A stretch of 64,000 bases of DNA from Spirochaetia bacterium (GTDB lineage Bacteria; Spirochaetota; Spirochaetia; DSM-2461): positions 2,656,001 through 2,720,000 of the forward strand of contig CAXXIA010000002.1 in the NCBI GenBank assembly GCA_963666985.2. The letters run 5' to 3'. The first letter of the stretch is position 1, and the number at the start of each line of letters is the position of its first letter. The notes beneath the pieces are model-generated. The model was not told the DNA's origin and ran no database searches. It saw only the letters and a program-made list of their open reading frames with translations. Positions 51,320 through 60,875 of the stretch are shown here, in pieces. Both the position numbers and the translations under genes were made by a program.

Positions 51320-52720
51320 TTGACGATCCAGTTAATTATTATTGTGGCTTATTTTGCCCTTACCGTCGCCATCGGCATGATTGCTCAAAAGAAATCAAAA
51401 TCCGCTACGGCATTTCACGGTGCGGGACTGGGTGTGCTTATGTGCGTTTGTGCCGGCACCGGCGAATGGCTGGGGGGCACATCAACGACCGGAGTATCCG
51501 AGTACGGTTATACGTATGGTCTCTCCGGCTCCTGGTACACGCTCGCAAACGGTATCGGCGTTATCTTCCTGGCTTTACTGTTCGCAAAGCTTTACAGAAG
51601 TCTTGAAACGGTTACCGTTCCGGGAATTTTGGAGAAATTCATCGGCGTACACGCCCGTGTCGTTTCAAGCATCATGCTGACCTTCGTTATGCTCGCCGTC
51701 GGCATTTCCCAGATGATTGCCGCAGGCACATTGGGTGTTACGCTGCTGGGGTTGGACTTCAACGTAGCCGTAATCGCTTTCGCGATTGTCTTCATTATCT
51801 ATACTCTGGCGGGCGGTATGAACGCGGTCGCCAGTACCAATATTCTGCATCTGTTCGCAATGTACGGCGGTATCGTGATTGCCCTTTTATTCGCGCTGAA
51901 AGCCGTCGGCGGCATGGGCGTTGTTTCGGAAACTCTTCCCGAATCATATTTTTCCATGACCGCCATCGGTATGCCGAAGGTTTCGTCCTGGATTATCGCT
52001 TCCCTGCTCGGCGCCTGTACCGCTCAGGCCGGTATTCAGCCGATCCTGGCCGCCAAGGATACGAATGTCGCTAAAAAGGCCGCGATTATTACGGCCGTCA
52101 TTGTTGCTCCCTTCGGTCTGCTGACCGCTCTTCTCGGTATGATCGCCAAGGTTCAGTTCCCCAACCTCGAGAACGCCAAGCTTGCTCTGCCGACGTTAAT
52201 GCTCAGCCTGCCTCCCGTAGCCGGAGGTATCGTCCTTGCATCCATTCTCGCGGCGATCCTTTCAACGGTTTCGCCTATCATCCTGGCATCGGGAACGATG
52301 ATTACAAAGGATGTTTACCATAGAATCCTGAAAACCGACGCCAGCGACGAACAGGTTCTCAGAATGTCCAGAATTACCACCGCGATAGCGGGGGTGATCT
52401 GTACAATCGGCGCACTTCTCATGTACGGTTCCACGCGAATCCTGGACATTGTCTACTTCGCGTACTCAATTCGGGGCGCTCTGTTTGTCGTTCTTCTGTT
52501 TGGTATTTATTGGAAAAAGCTTTCCGAAAAGGGTGCCGTTTACAGCATGATTTTAACCGCCGCCGTAGGCTGTTTCTGGGTTGTGTTTAAAGCAATCACC
52601 GGCAGCAATCCGATCCACGCCGCGTTTACGGAAACCTATGCGGCGGTGATTACCGCGACAATTGCCTCGGTGATCTTTACGAAGATATTCCCTAAAGATA
52701 TGTCTGCAAAGAAATTATAA
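51320..52720 (+). CDS. Sodium:solute symporter family transporter
   Basis: About 13 TM; WLGGTSTTG, TVPGILEKFIG, AAILST; TTG start. Confidence 0.85.
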   Translation: MTIQLIIIVAYFALTVAIGMIAQKKSKSATAFHGAGLGVLMCVCAGTGEWLGGTSTTGVSEYGYTYGLSGSWYTLANGIGVIFLALLFAKLYRSLETVTVPGILEKFIGVHARVVSSIMLTFVMLAVGISQMIAAGTLGVTLLGLDFNVAVIAFAIVFIIYTLAGGMNAVASTNILHLFAMYGGIVIALLFALKAVGGMGVVSETLPESYFSMTAIGMPKVSSWIIASLLGACTAQAGIQPILAAKDTNVAKKAAIITAVIVAPFGLLTALLGMIAKVQFPNLENAKLALPTLMLSLPPVAGGIVLASILAAILSTVSPIILASGTMITKDVYHRILKTDASDEQVLRMSRITTAIAGVICTIGALLMYGSTRILDIVYFAYSIRGALFVVLLFGIYWKKLSEKGAVYSMILTAAVGCFWVVFKAITGSNPIHAAFTETYAAVITATIASVIFTKIFPKDMSAKKL

Positions 52721-52746
52721 TAAAATAACCGCGTTATTGGAGGAAT

Positions 52747-54054
52747 ATGATGGAACCGATTTCCATTGCAGTCCTAGGCATTATTCTGCTGATCATTCTG
52801 CTCGCAATGGGCATGAATATCGGTATTACTATGTTTGCCGTAGGCTTTCTCGGCTGCCTGATGATCCGCGATTGGAATGCCGCGATAGGCGTTCTGAAAA
52901 CCGTACCGTTTAACCAGAGTATGACCTATTCCTATACGGTTATACCGCTTTTCGTTCTGATGGGACAATTCGCCTTTCACTCGGGGATGTCCGCCGATCT
53001 CTTCGACTGTGCCAACAAGTGGCTTGGGGGGTTGAAGGGCGGACTTTCCATGGCGACCATCATGGCCTGTGCCGGCTTCGCGGCCATTTGCGGCTCCACC
53101 GCCGCCACCGCGGCGACCATGGGCGTCGTCGCTCTTCCGGAAATGCGTAAAGCGGGCTATAACGACGGTCTTTCGACCGGCTCCATTGCCGCCGGCGGGA
53201 CACTCGGCATTCTCATCCCCCCCAGTACGGGCTTCATTATTTACGGCATCGTCGCCGAGCAGTCCATCGGGAAACTGTTTATGGCGGGAATTATCCCCGG
53301 AATCGTTTTGGCGGTGTGCTATATGATTTCCGTTTCCGTACAGGTTAAGATCCGTCCCGAGCTGGCCCCGCCCACAAATAAGTTCGGTTTTAAAGAAAAA
53401 TTAATCGCCCTGAAGGGCGGCGCCGCGATGATCGCTCTTTTCCTTATCGTTATCGGCGGTATGTTCATCAATCTCTTTACGGCAAATGAGGCGGCGGCCG
53501 TCGGCGCGTCTCTGGCCCTGATTTATCTTATCGCCCGCCGCCGTTTTTCACTGAAGGTTCTTATAGCCTGTCTGCGCGATACCGTGAAAACTTCCGCCAT
53601 GGTGTTTCTCATCATGATCGGCGCCTACGTGTTCGGATCTTTCCTGGCCATCGCACGGCTTCCCATGACTCTTGCGGCCTTCGTTGAGGGACTTGCCGTA
53701 AGCCGATATGTGATTCTGGCCGTAATCGTCCTGCTTTATGCCGTTATGGGCTGTCTTATGGATTCCCTGGCAATGGTTATGCTGACCGTGCCCATTTTCC
53801 TTCCGATAATCATGGGTCTCGGATTCGATCCCATCTGGTACGGCGTTTTGATGATCATGGTTATGGAAATGGGCCTGATTACGCCGCCGGTTGGAATGAA
53901 TGTCTATATCGTCGCGGGCGTCGCGAAGGATGTTCCCTTAACAAGAATCTTCAGAGGCGTAACGCCGATGGTTTTTGCGATGCTGGTGGCGATTGTGATT
54001 GTTATCGCCTTGCCTCAGCTTTCACTCTGGCTCCCCAGCTTCATGGCCGGTTAG
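52747..54054 (+). CDS. dctM: TRAP transporter large permease
   Basis: IPLFVLMG, GTLGILIPPS, GLITPPVGMN. Confidence 0.92.
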   Translation: MMEPISIAVLGIILLIILLAMGMNIGITMFAVGFLGCLMIRDWNAAIGVLKTVPFNQSMTYSYTVIPLFVLMGQFAFHSGMSADLFDCANKWLGGLKGGLSMATIMACAGFAAICGSTAATAATMGVVALPEMRKAGYNDGLSTGSIAAGGTLGILIPPSTGFIIYGIVAEQSIGKLFMAGIIPGIVLAVCYMISVSVQVKIRPELAPPTNKFGFKEKLIALKGGAAMIALFLIVIGGMFINLFTANEAAAVGASLALIYLIARRRFSLKVLIACLRDTVKTSAMVFLIMIGAYVFGSFLAIARLPMTLAAFVEGLAVSRYVILAVIVLLYAVMGCLMDSLAMVMLTVPIFLPIIMGLGFDPIWYGVLMIMVMEMGLITPPVGMNVYIVAGVAKDVPLTRIFRGVTPMVFAMLVAIVIVIALPQLSLWLPSFMAG

Positions 54055-54108
54055 TTCCTATCCGGAACATGCATGCTGTTATTTATATATAATTTTTGGA
54101 GGTTGTTA

Positions 54109-55239
54109 ATGAAAAGGACTTTTGCATCGTTTATTGTCATTCTTTTGACGATCGGACTGGTGGCCTTTACCGGCTGCGGTAAGTCAAAAGCGGAAGCTGG
54201 CGCCGACGGATCGGCCGCTAAGGATTCCGGAAAAGTGTACGAACTGATCGTACAAAACCACGATCCCGCCACCAGCATCTGCGGGCAGTACGTTGAAGCC
54301 TGGGGCTCGGAAGTCGAGAAAGCTTCAAACGGACGCATCAAGTTCGCTTACTACCACGGCGGCTCTCTTGTCGGCGCGGGCGACTCGGTTAATGCCGTAG
54401 TCAACAGTACTGCGGATGTCTGCTGGAGTGCCGCGACCATTTATTCCGGTCAGTTCCCCATCTCGGAATTCATCCAGCTCCCTCTTTCCGGCATCAATTG
54501 CGCCCGGATGGGATGCGAAGTCATGCTGGATATGTACAAAGAGATTCCGGCCTTCCAGAAGGAGTATTCCGAATTCAAGCCCATTATGCTCGGCAGCTGT
54601 ACTTACGCGCCCGTGAGTACAACCGTGAAAAAGCTTCAGACGGTTAACGACATCCAAGGCCTGCGTATCCGCGCCCCCGGTTCCACCTGCGCGCTGTGGT
54701 GTACCGCCGTCGGTTTCAGTCCGATGACCGTCGCCACGCCCGAAACGTATGAATCACTCGAAAAGGGCGTTATTGAAGGCTGCTTGAACGACTGGCACAA
54801 TATTTCCGCATTCAAGCTGTATGAAAACCTTGACTATATCATGGACTATCCGACTCCCGGTTCACCCATTTTCCTTCTGATGAATAAAGGAAAATATGAT
54901 TCCATGCCGGCTGATCTTCAGGCGATCATTGATAAGTACTCCGATGAATACGCCTCTCAAATGGCGGGGATCTACTGGGATTCCACACGAGCTTGGATTT
55001 ATGACAACGCCGAAGAATTCGGTGTGGAGATTTACCAGCCGTCCGATGAACTGTACGCTCACTTCACGGCCGACACTGTCAAGGATCAGGTACACGCCAA
55101 GTACATCGAGTACCTTAACGGTTTCAATCTTGATGGACAGGCGATATACGATCAGTGTATGGAAATCGTTTCTCGTTATACCGACAAATACGCCGATCCC
55201 TGGGCGGAACCCGTCGATATCGAGGATTTTAAAGGCTGA
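54109..55239 (+). CDS. dctP: TRAP transporter substrate-binding lipoprotein
   Basis: Lipobox FTGC, SNGRIK, GLRIR, YESLEKGVIEG; start at ATG 54109. Confidence 0.88.
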   Translation: MKRTFASFIVILLTIGLVAFTGCGKSKAEAGADGSAAKDSGKVYELIVQNHDPATSICGQYVEAWGSEVEKASNGRIKFAYYHGGSLVGAGDSVNAVVNSTADVCWSAATIYSGQFPISEFIQLPLSGINCARMGCEVMLDMYKEIPAFQKEYSEFKPIMLGSCTYAPVSTTVKKLQTVNDIQGLRIRAPGSTCALWCTAVGFSPMTVATPETYESLEKGVIEGCLNDWHNISAFKLYENLDYIMDYPTPGSPIFLLMNKGKYDSMPADLQAIIDKYSDEYASQMAGIYWDSTRAWIYDNAEEFGVEIYQPSDELYAHFTADTVKDQVHAKYIEYLNGFNLDGQAIYDQCMEIVSRYTDKYADPWAEPVDIEDFKG

Positions 55240-55246
55240 AGCCGCG

Positions 55247-55378
55247 CCGGACTGTTGAAAAATGATTCGCGGAATCGCTGTGCGGTTCCGCTGTTTGGGG
55301 AGATTCGATTCGCAGATTACGAGCAAATCCCGCTGCCGCCGAACACCGCTTACGCGTAAAAGTTTTTCAACGGCCCGG
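55247..55378. repeat. ~132-bp element bounded by 16-bp inverted repeats (MITE-like or RNA stem)
   Basis: CCGGACTGTTGAAAAA ... TTTTTCAACGGCCCGG (14/16). Confidence 0.5.
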
Positions 55379-55406
55379 TTGAGTCTGCGTTATACGGAAA
55401 GGATTG

Positions 55407-55934
55407 ATGCAAATGAAAAAATTTACTGAGATAACCAATAAACTTACAGTGTACGTCAGCTATCTGAGCATGGTGTCGGTGATATTCATCATGCTGTATA
55501 TGACGCTCGATGTCATCTTGAGACATGTTTTTAACTCGCCGATCAAAGGCGGCTATGAAATGACCACTCTTGCCATGGTTGTTCTTATTTTCACATCCTG
55601 GTCGTATACGCAGACGGTTAACGGACATATCCACGTGACAATGCTGATTAGGGCTTTGCCGAGAAAACCGAGGTTTATCATATTCGCGATTACATCGATG
55701 TTTTCCGCCGCGGTGATTGTTATTGCTACGTATGCCGCTTTTCTGCAGATGCTCTACACGTACGAGAAATGTAATTGTACGGGTATGCTCCTTATTCCGC
55801 ATTGGCCGTTCATTCTTGTGGAATGTATCGCTTTGGGCTACTTCGCTTTAATACTGCTGCGCGATGCCATACGGGCGATAATGGCGATCTTCAACGAAGA
55901 GCTCGCGCAGGAGATTGAATCTCACTGGGCCTGA
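55407..55934 (+). CDS. dctQ: TRAP transporter small permease
   Basis: 4 TM, DVILRHVFNSPI, GHIHV; start uncertain (55404/55407/55413). Confidence 0.85.
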   Translation: MQMKKFTEITNKLTVYVSYLSMVSVIFIMLYMTLDVILRHVFNSPIKGGYEMTTLAMVVLIFTSWSYTQTVNGHIHVTMLIRALPRKPRFIIFAITSMFSAAVIVIATYAAFLQMLYTYEKCNCTGMLLIPHWPFILVECIALGYFALILLRDAIRAIMAIFNEELAQEIESHWA

Positions 55935-56216
55935 TAAGAAGTTACATTTTAAAAGAATAACAGGGGAAATCGGGCCGGCCGTCATCATGGTCGGCCTTTT
56001 TCAATTCACTGATGTATATGGAAACCGCATGGAAAAAGTATGACGGTGTGTAAAGCCTTCCGCGCAGGTGATTTTTAGGTTTTTTAAATCCGTTATGCTC
56101 CGAATTCTCCGATATCCGAACCGGGAAATCAGAGGCGCCCGACGGCGTTCGGGAAGGTGATTTATGATGAGGATGAGGCTTCTTGTTAATTTCCATATAT
56201 CGTTGTAATATATCCT

Positions 56217-56666
56217 ATGCGTGTTACTACAAAGGGTCGTTATGCACTTCGGGCCATGATTTATCTTACTCGGAACGAAGACGACAAGCCTTTATCTATC
56301 AAGAAGATAGCTGAAACCGAAGATCTTTCTCCCATATTCATGGAACAGATATTTACGAAGCTTAAAAAATTCGGACTTATTAAGTCCGTACGCGGCGCCG
56401 GAGGCGGATTTCTGCTTGCCAAGGATCCTTCGGAGATTAATGTAAAAGACATCCTTGAAGCCGTTGAAGAAGGGATTCGCCTTACACCCTGCTGTTCCAG
56501 TGAAAGCGTCGGCGCGGATGACTGCATTCGCTCGGAAGAATGCCGAGCCCTGGATTTTTGGAATACCGCCAACGAACATATGATGCAGTTTTTCGCAAGC
56601 TATTCTCTGGAGAAGGTTATCGCCGAATTTAAGGATGCGAGCATCGGAATCCCCGTATCCGTATAG
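56217..56666 (+). CDS. Rrf2 family regulator (IscR-like, Cys-containing)
   Basis: MRVTTKGRYALRAM, SVRGAGGGF, PCC...C...C. Confidence 0.9.
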   Translation: MRVTTKGRYALRAMIYLTRNEDDKPLSIKKIAETEDLSPIFMEQIFTKLKKFGLIKSVRGAGGGFLLAKDPSEINVKDILEAVEEGIRLTPCCSSESVGADDCIRSEECRALDFWNTANEHMMQFFASYSLEKVIAEFKDASIGIPVSV

Positions 56667-56785
56667 CATTCCGCAGGCGCATCTTTCTCCATCGGCAACA
56701 TTGTTACCGGCGCTCCAAGAGATAACGGTTAAGATATTTTAAGCCTATGAGATGTTGTTTTACATCGGGAAAAAACGCCGTACAA

Positions 56786-59059
56786 TTATACCGGTAAGGC
56801 GATTTTTTTGAGAAATTCTTTTATTTCCTTTGAAGTGCCGAGTTTTGAGAGGATTTCGGCGTCTTTGACGGCATTATCCATATTCATTTTGGCGACGGCC
56901 GACTGCATTTCCGGGATTCTTCCGGGCTCCAGAGAGAATTCTTTTACACCGAGTCCCATAAGGTAATAAACCGTTACCGGATCTTTGGCCATGATGCCGC
57001 AGACCGACAGTGGGCAGTCCGCGGCTTTTGCCGTGTCCACAACCCTTTTAACGGCCCGAAGAACGGCCGGATGGCGCGTATCGAACAAGCCCGCGACCCG
57101 TTCGTTTGTTCTGTCCACGCCGAGCATGTACTGAACCAAATCGTTGGTGCCGAGTGAAAGGAAATCGGCTTCTCTGGCCAGTTCGGGAGCCATCTCAACG
57201 GCGGAGGGAAGTTCTATCATGGCGCCGAGTTTCGGCATCGGGAATGTTCCCAAGCCGTCCCGTTTGAGGAAATCCAGGCTTTTGAGAACAATTCTTCTGG
57301 CATTGAAAAAGTCGTCCAGTGAGGACACCAGGGGAAAAAGAATCCGGATGGGTTTTTTTCCTCCGGCACGAATCATCGCTTTGAGCTGGCCGACAAAGAC
57401 TTTTTTATTTTCCAATAGGAACCGGATGGCTCTGAGTCCGAGGAAGGGATTCGCTTCATGCGATTCGGGAAGGTAACTGAGAATCTTATCGCCTCCGACA
57501 TCCAATGTCCGCAGAGTCACAAGGGGAGATTCCAATCCGTTCACCACTTGAGAGTAAATCCGAAACTGTTCTTCCTCTGATGGGAAATCGCTTCGGATGA
57601 GAAAAGGGAATTCACTTCGATACAAACCGATGCCTTCGGCCTTTATCCTGCCGGCAACTTTTAAATCGGAAAGAAGGTTTACGGTCGCCCGAAGGTAGAT
57701 CCGCGTTCCATCGGCCGTTCGGGTTTCTTCCCGGGCCATGGATTCGAGTTCTTCGAGTCTGTCCGATCCTTCTTTGAGCTGGGTTATCCTTTTTTGGGCC
57801 GCTTCATCCGGATTAACGATCAGCAGCGCCTGATGAGCATCCAGAGCCAGCGGCGTGTTCTCTGGAATGCGGAAGATCGAATCGTCTTCGGTGTAGATGA
57901 GCGGGACTTGAAGAGAACGCGCCAGAACCGTAACGTGCGCGGTGGTGCCGCCGCCGTAAAGCACAATGCCTTCCGCGTTCTGGGCCGAGAGTTTTAAAAG
58001 TTCCGAGGGAAGCAGCTCCGAGGTAATGATGATTTGATCCGTATAATCGCCGCGGTCGTTGGAGTCCGCAATCAGGTTTTTCAGGATACGGTGTCCGAGA
58101 TCTTTAATATCCTGGATTTTTTCACGCATGCGGTGGTTGTCGCTGTCCGCGAAGATGGCGATATAGCGGTTCGCCACCTGTTCAACCGCTTCGCAAGGCC
58201 GTATACCGTTTTTGATCAGTTCTTCCATGGCGCCGGAAAAGCCTTCGTCCCGGAGCATGAGAAGGTGGGCGCTGAAGATTAAAGACGCCACATCGGCGAG
58301 TTCCTCTTCCAGCCGCTTCTGTAAATCTTCGAGCTGCTGTTCGGTATCGTCGATCGCTTTGCGGAAATCATCGAGAGAATTGCGGTAGTCTCTGTTTTGA
58401 GCTTTTATAAGACCATCGAATTTGCCCGGTCCTTCCAGATGATAGGCGCTTCCCAGAGCAACGCCGTCCACTACCTGGGTACCTCGGATGAGCCTGCCCG
58501 CCGCGTCTTCCCGCTTCTTTTTGGTGTCTTCGGTACCGGGAAGAACCATTAACAGCTGGGCGTTCTCCAGGGTAACGGCCAATTGAGTGGCGATGGCCTT
58601 CAGAGCCATGGCGTCCGATTTGCTGAATCGGGAGGCTTTTTCGTCCTGAAGAACAAGAACTCCGACGCGGCGGATTCCTCTGATGATGGGAACCGCCAGA
58701 AAGGACTGGAAGCGTTCTTCTCCGCTTTCGGGAATAGGTTTGAAATACGGGTTGTCCGCTCCCCGGCCTTCCCGGATGGGCCGAAGTTCCTTAAGCGCCA
58801 AACCCGTCAGGCCTTCTCCGGTGGCCAGTGTAAGCTTGCCGACCATTTCCTGATTCAATCCCGCGGTGGCCTGGAGAACCAGCACGTCCCGTGCTTCGTC
58901 GAAGATGTAAACCGAGCAGACGTCGGTCTGCATATGACTGCTGACGATGCGGACAACTTGAGCAAGAAATCCCTTGATATCCTGGCCCTGATGGAAGAGA
59001 TTCGCCAGCTCGCTGACGGAGCAAATCATTTCGACATTGGTTTCGTCGGGTATCTTCAC
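56786..59059 (-). CDS. ptsP: GAF-domain PEP-protein phosphotransferase (EI-Ntr-like)
   Basis: N-terminal GAF (CSVYIFD, GEGLTG, FLAVPI), TAH phospho-His, RTLDVGGDK, NPFLGLRAIR, GTNDLVQY; GTG 59059 overlaps the proC stop. Confidence 0.88.
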   Translation of the reverse strand: MKIPDETNVEMICSVSELANLFHQGQDIKGFLAQVVRIVSSHMQTDVCSVYIFDEARDVLVLQATAGLNQEMVGKLTLATGEGLTGLALKELRPIREGRGADNPYFKPIPESGEERFQSFLAVPIIRGIRRVGVLVLQDEKASRFSKSDAMALKAIATQLAVTLENAQLLMVLPGTEDTKKKREDAAGRLIRGTQVVDGVALGSAYHLEGPGKFDGLIKAQNRDYRNSLDDFRKAIDDTEQQLEDLQKRLEEELADVASLIFSAHLLMLRDEGFSGAMEELIKNGIRPCEAVEQVANRYIAIFADSDNHRMREKIQDIKDLGHRILKNLIADSNDRGDYTDQIIITSELLPSELLKLSAQNAEGIVLYGGGTTAHVTVLARSLQVPLIYTEDDSIFRIPENTPLALDAHQALLIVNPDEAAQKRITQLKEGSDRLEELESMAREETRTADGTRIYLRATVNLLSDLKVAGRIKAEGIGLYRSEFPFLIRSDFPSEEEQFRIYSQVVNGLESPLVTLRTLDVGGDKILSYLPESHEANPFLGLRAIRFLLENKKVFVGQLKAMIRAGGKKPIRILFPLVSSLDDFFNARRIVLKSLDFLKRDGLGTFPMPKLGAMIELPSAVEMAPELAREADFLSLGTNDLVQYMLGVDRTNERVAGLFDTRHPAVLRAVKRVVDTAKAADCPLSVCGIMAKDPVTVYYLMGLGVKEFSLEPGRIPEMQSAVAKMNMDNAVKDAEILSKLGTSKEIKEFLKKIALPV

Positions 59060-59871
59060 TTTCCGCCCAATTCCCTTGATTTGGCCGTACAATCGGCGAC
59101 GGCCCGGATGATTGCCGAACGGAATCCCGCTTCTTCCAGTGTCGCCACGGCTTCGATGGTGGTGCCGCCGGGGGAACAGACCCTGTCTTTTAGGATTCCG
59201 GGATGAAGAGCCGATTCCGCGGCGAGTTTCGCGGAACCCAATACGGCCTGAGCGGCAACGGCGTACGCCGTATCTCTGGGAATCCCTTCGCGTACCGCGC
59301 CGTCGGCCAGAGCTTCCAGGAACATAAAAACCCAGGCGGGACTGGAGCCGGCCAGGGATGTGTAGGCGTCCATCAGCTTCTCGGGAAGCACGACTGTTTT
59401 GCCGACGGCGTCGAAGATGGTCTTTACCGATGTCAGTTCGTCTTCGGTAACTTCGGGTGAAGGACAAAGGGCCGTCATCCCTGCCAATACCAAAGCCGGA
59501 GTATTGGGCATGGCGCGGACGATCTTATTCTTTCCCTTGAACCATCCGGTAACGGCTTCAAGAGCAATCCCCGCCGCGATGCTCACAACGATCGTCTCAT
59601 CGGGAACCGCGTTGCGGATGCCGGTTATCACGGTTTTATAAACCTGCGGTTTTACCGCCAGAATCAGAATGGAGGCTTTTGCGGCTTCGCGGTTGTCGGA
59701 GGAGGTGCGTATTCCGGGGAATTCTTTCCGCAGGTCTTCCAAAGCTTCGGTTCTCGGATCGGCGACGATAATGTGTTCAGCTTTCCCGGCACCGCCGGAA
59801 AGCAGTCCTCTGATGACGGCACCGCCCATGTTGCCCGCGCCGATAAAGCCGATCGTCGTTGTTCCTGCCAT
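59056..59871 (-). CDS. proC: Pyrroline-5-carboxylate reductase
   Basis: GAGNMG, AVKPQ, RAMPNTP, GSSPA, VCSPGGTT. Confidence 0.95.
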   Translation of the reverse strand: MAGTTTIGFIGAGNMGGAVIRGLLSGGAGKAEHIIVADPRTEALEDLRKEFPGIRTSSDNREAAKASILILAVKPQVYKTVITGIRNAVPDETIVVSIAAGIALEAVTGWFKGKNKIVRAMPNTPALVLAGMTALCPSPEVTEDELTSVKTIFDAVGKTVVLPEKLMDAYTSLAGSSPAWVFMFLEALADGAVREGIPRDTAYAVAAQAVLGSAKLAAESALHPGILKDRVCSPGGTTIEAVATLEEAGFRSAIIRAVADCTAKSRELGGK

Positions 59872-59955
59872 CTTATCCTCTCCGTCCGCTCTTCGGCCGC
59901 CGATGTTCGGCGGACCGTTATTTGAGTCTGTTTCTTCGCTTGGGACTCAACGGTG

Positions 59956-60231
59956 TTATTCTACCCGAATCTCCTGTTCCTTACCGTACCATATTTCCAG
60001 GCCGAATAGGCTGTCTTCCGATAAATAATCGGGTGCCGAACCTTCCAAAGGCCCCAGAATGCGCCGATAGTCTTCTACTCTGTTCCAATAAACCTGCGGC
60101 ATGATGACTTTTTGCGGCGAAAGCCCCGAGTCGAGACCTTCCCGGAGCTGTCTGTAAACTTCAACGATGATTTCCTCCGCCCTTGGAGCGTCGGCTTTGT
60201 TCGGTTCCTCTTCCCGCCGTTTCGGGCTCAT
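59956..60231 (-). CDS. Hypothetical protein (91 aa)
   Basis: ATG 60231 overlaps the TPR gene stop (TGATG); protein-like composition. Confidence 0.6.
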   Translation of the reverse strand: MSPKRREEEPNKADAPRAEEIIVEVYRQLREGLDSGLSPQKVIMPQVYWNRVEDYRRILGPLEGSAPDYLSEDSLFGLEIWYGKEQEIRVE

Positions 60232-60752
60232 CAAGAGTTCAGCTCCTCGAAATGCCGCCGGGCCTCGGCCGCCGCATCGGTATCGCCGCATTCGTCCAGT
60301 GCGTCGGCGAGATTGTACCAGGCGTCGGCCAGAGAGGGAGAGCTTTCCGCGGCCGCCCGGAATCTGCGGACCGCATCGGCATACCGGCCTTTCAGAAAAT
60401 CGACGACGCCCCGGTTGTTCAGGGCCCCTGAGTGTTCGGGATTCCTTTGAAGGGCTTCCTCCAGGAATCCGGCCGCCGAAGAGAGGCGGTTTTCGGCGAT
60501 TTCTATTCGGCCGCATTCGTTCAGTGCGTCCGCGTCTTTCGGATCAAGCTCGGCGGCTTTTTTCAGCTCGGCAAGGGCCTCGCCGTTTCGGCCGGCGGCC
60601 GAGAGCTCCAGGCCCAGATTGTACCGAAGAGCGGCCGAATGCGGCTGGAGAGAAAGAGCGTCGCGGTAATGCCGGATCGCTTCTTCATGCCGGCCGTTTT
60701 CGGCGGCAAGGAGGGCGAGCCGGGCATGGCGGGAGGCTTGGCCGATATCCAT
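60231..60752 (-). CDS. Tetratricopeptide repeat protein
   Basis: Repeated YNLG / LNNRG / WYNLA TPR motifs; start at ATG 60752. Confidence 0.85.
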   Translation of the reverse strand: MDIGQASRHARLALLAAENGRHEEAIRHYRDALSLQPHSAALRYNLGLELSAAGRNGEALAELKKAAELDPKDADALNECGRIEIAENRLSSAAGFLEEALQRNPEHSGALNNRGVVDFLKGRYADAVRRFRAAAESSPSLADAWYNLADALDECGDTDAAAEARRHFEELNS

Positions 60753-60827
60753 GCCCTTATTATAGCAAGCCTCGCTCAAAAAAGCTGTCGGCTGAAATCG
60801 CACGGCGATTTCTAGCGTTCGGTGGCG

Positions 60828-60859
60828 TAGGCCCGCTGTTTCGCGAAGCGAAACAGCGG
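60828..60859 (-). repeat. Single unit of the hairpin + GCGRGYCTA repeat family
   Basis: Minus strand GC-TGTTTCGC-TTC-GCGAAACA-GCGGGCCTA; may act as the MFS terminator. Confidence 0.55.
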
Positions 60860-60875
60860 TGCACAAAAAGTAAAA

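Noticed and set aside
59060..59467. 136-aa N-terminal extension of PtsP in the ORF track
   Set aside because: It overlaps proC out of frame and is Arg-rich nonsense; GTG 59059 is the plausible start. Several other ORFs were trimmed for similar reasons (starts 6301, 12858, 20984, 24069, 35608, 43282, 47817, 60516, 62294).
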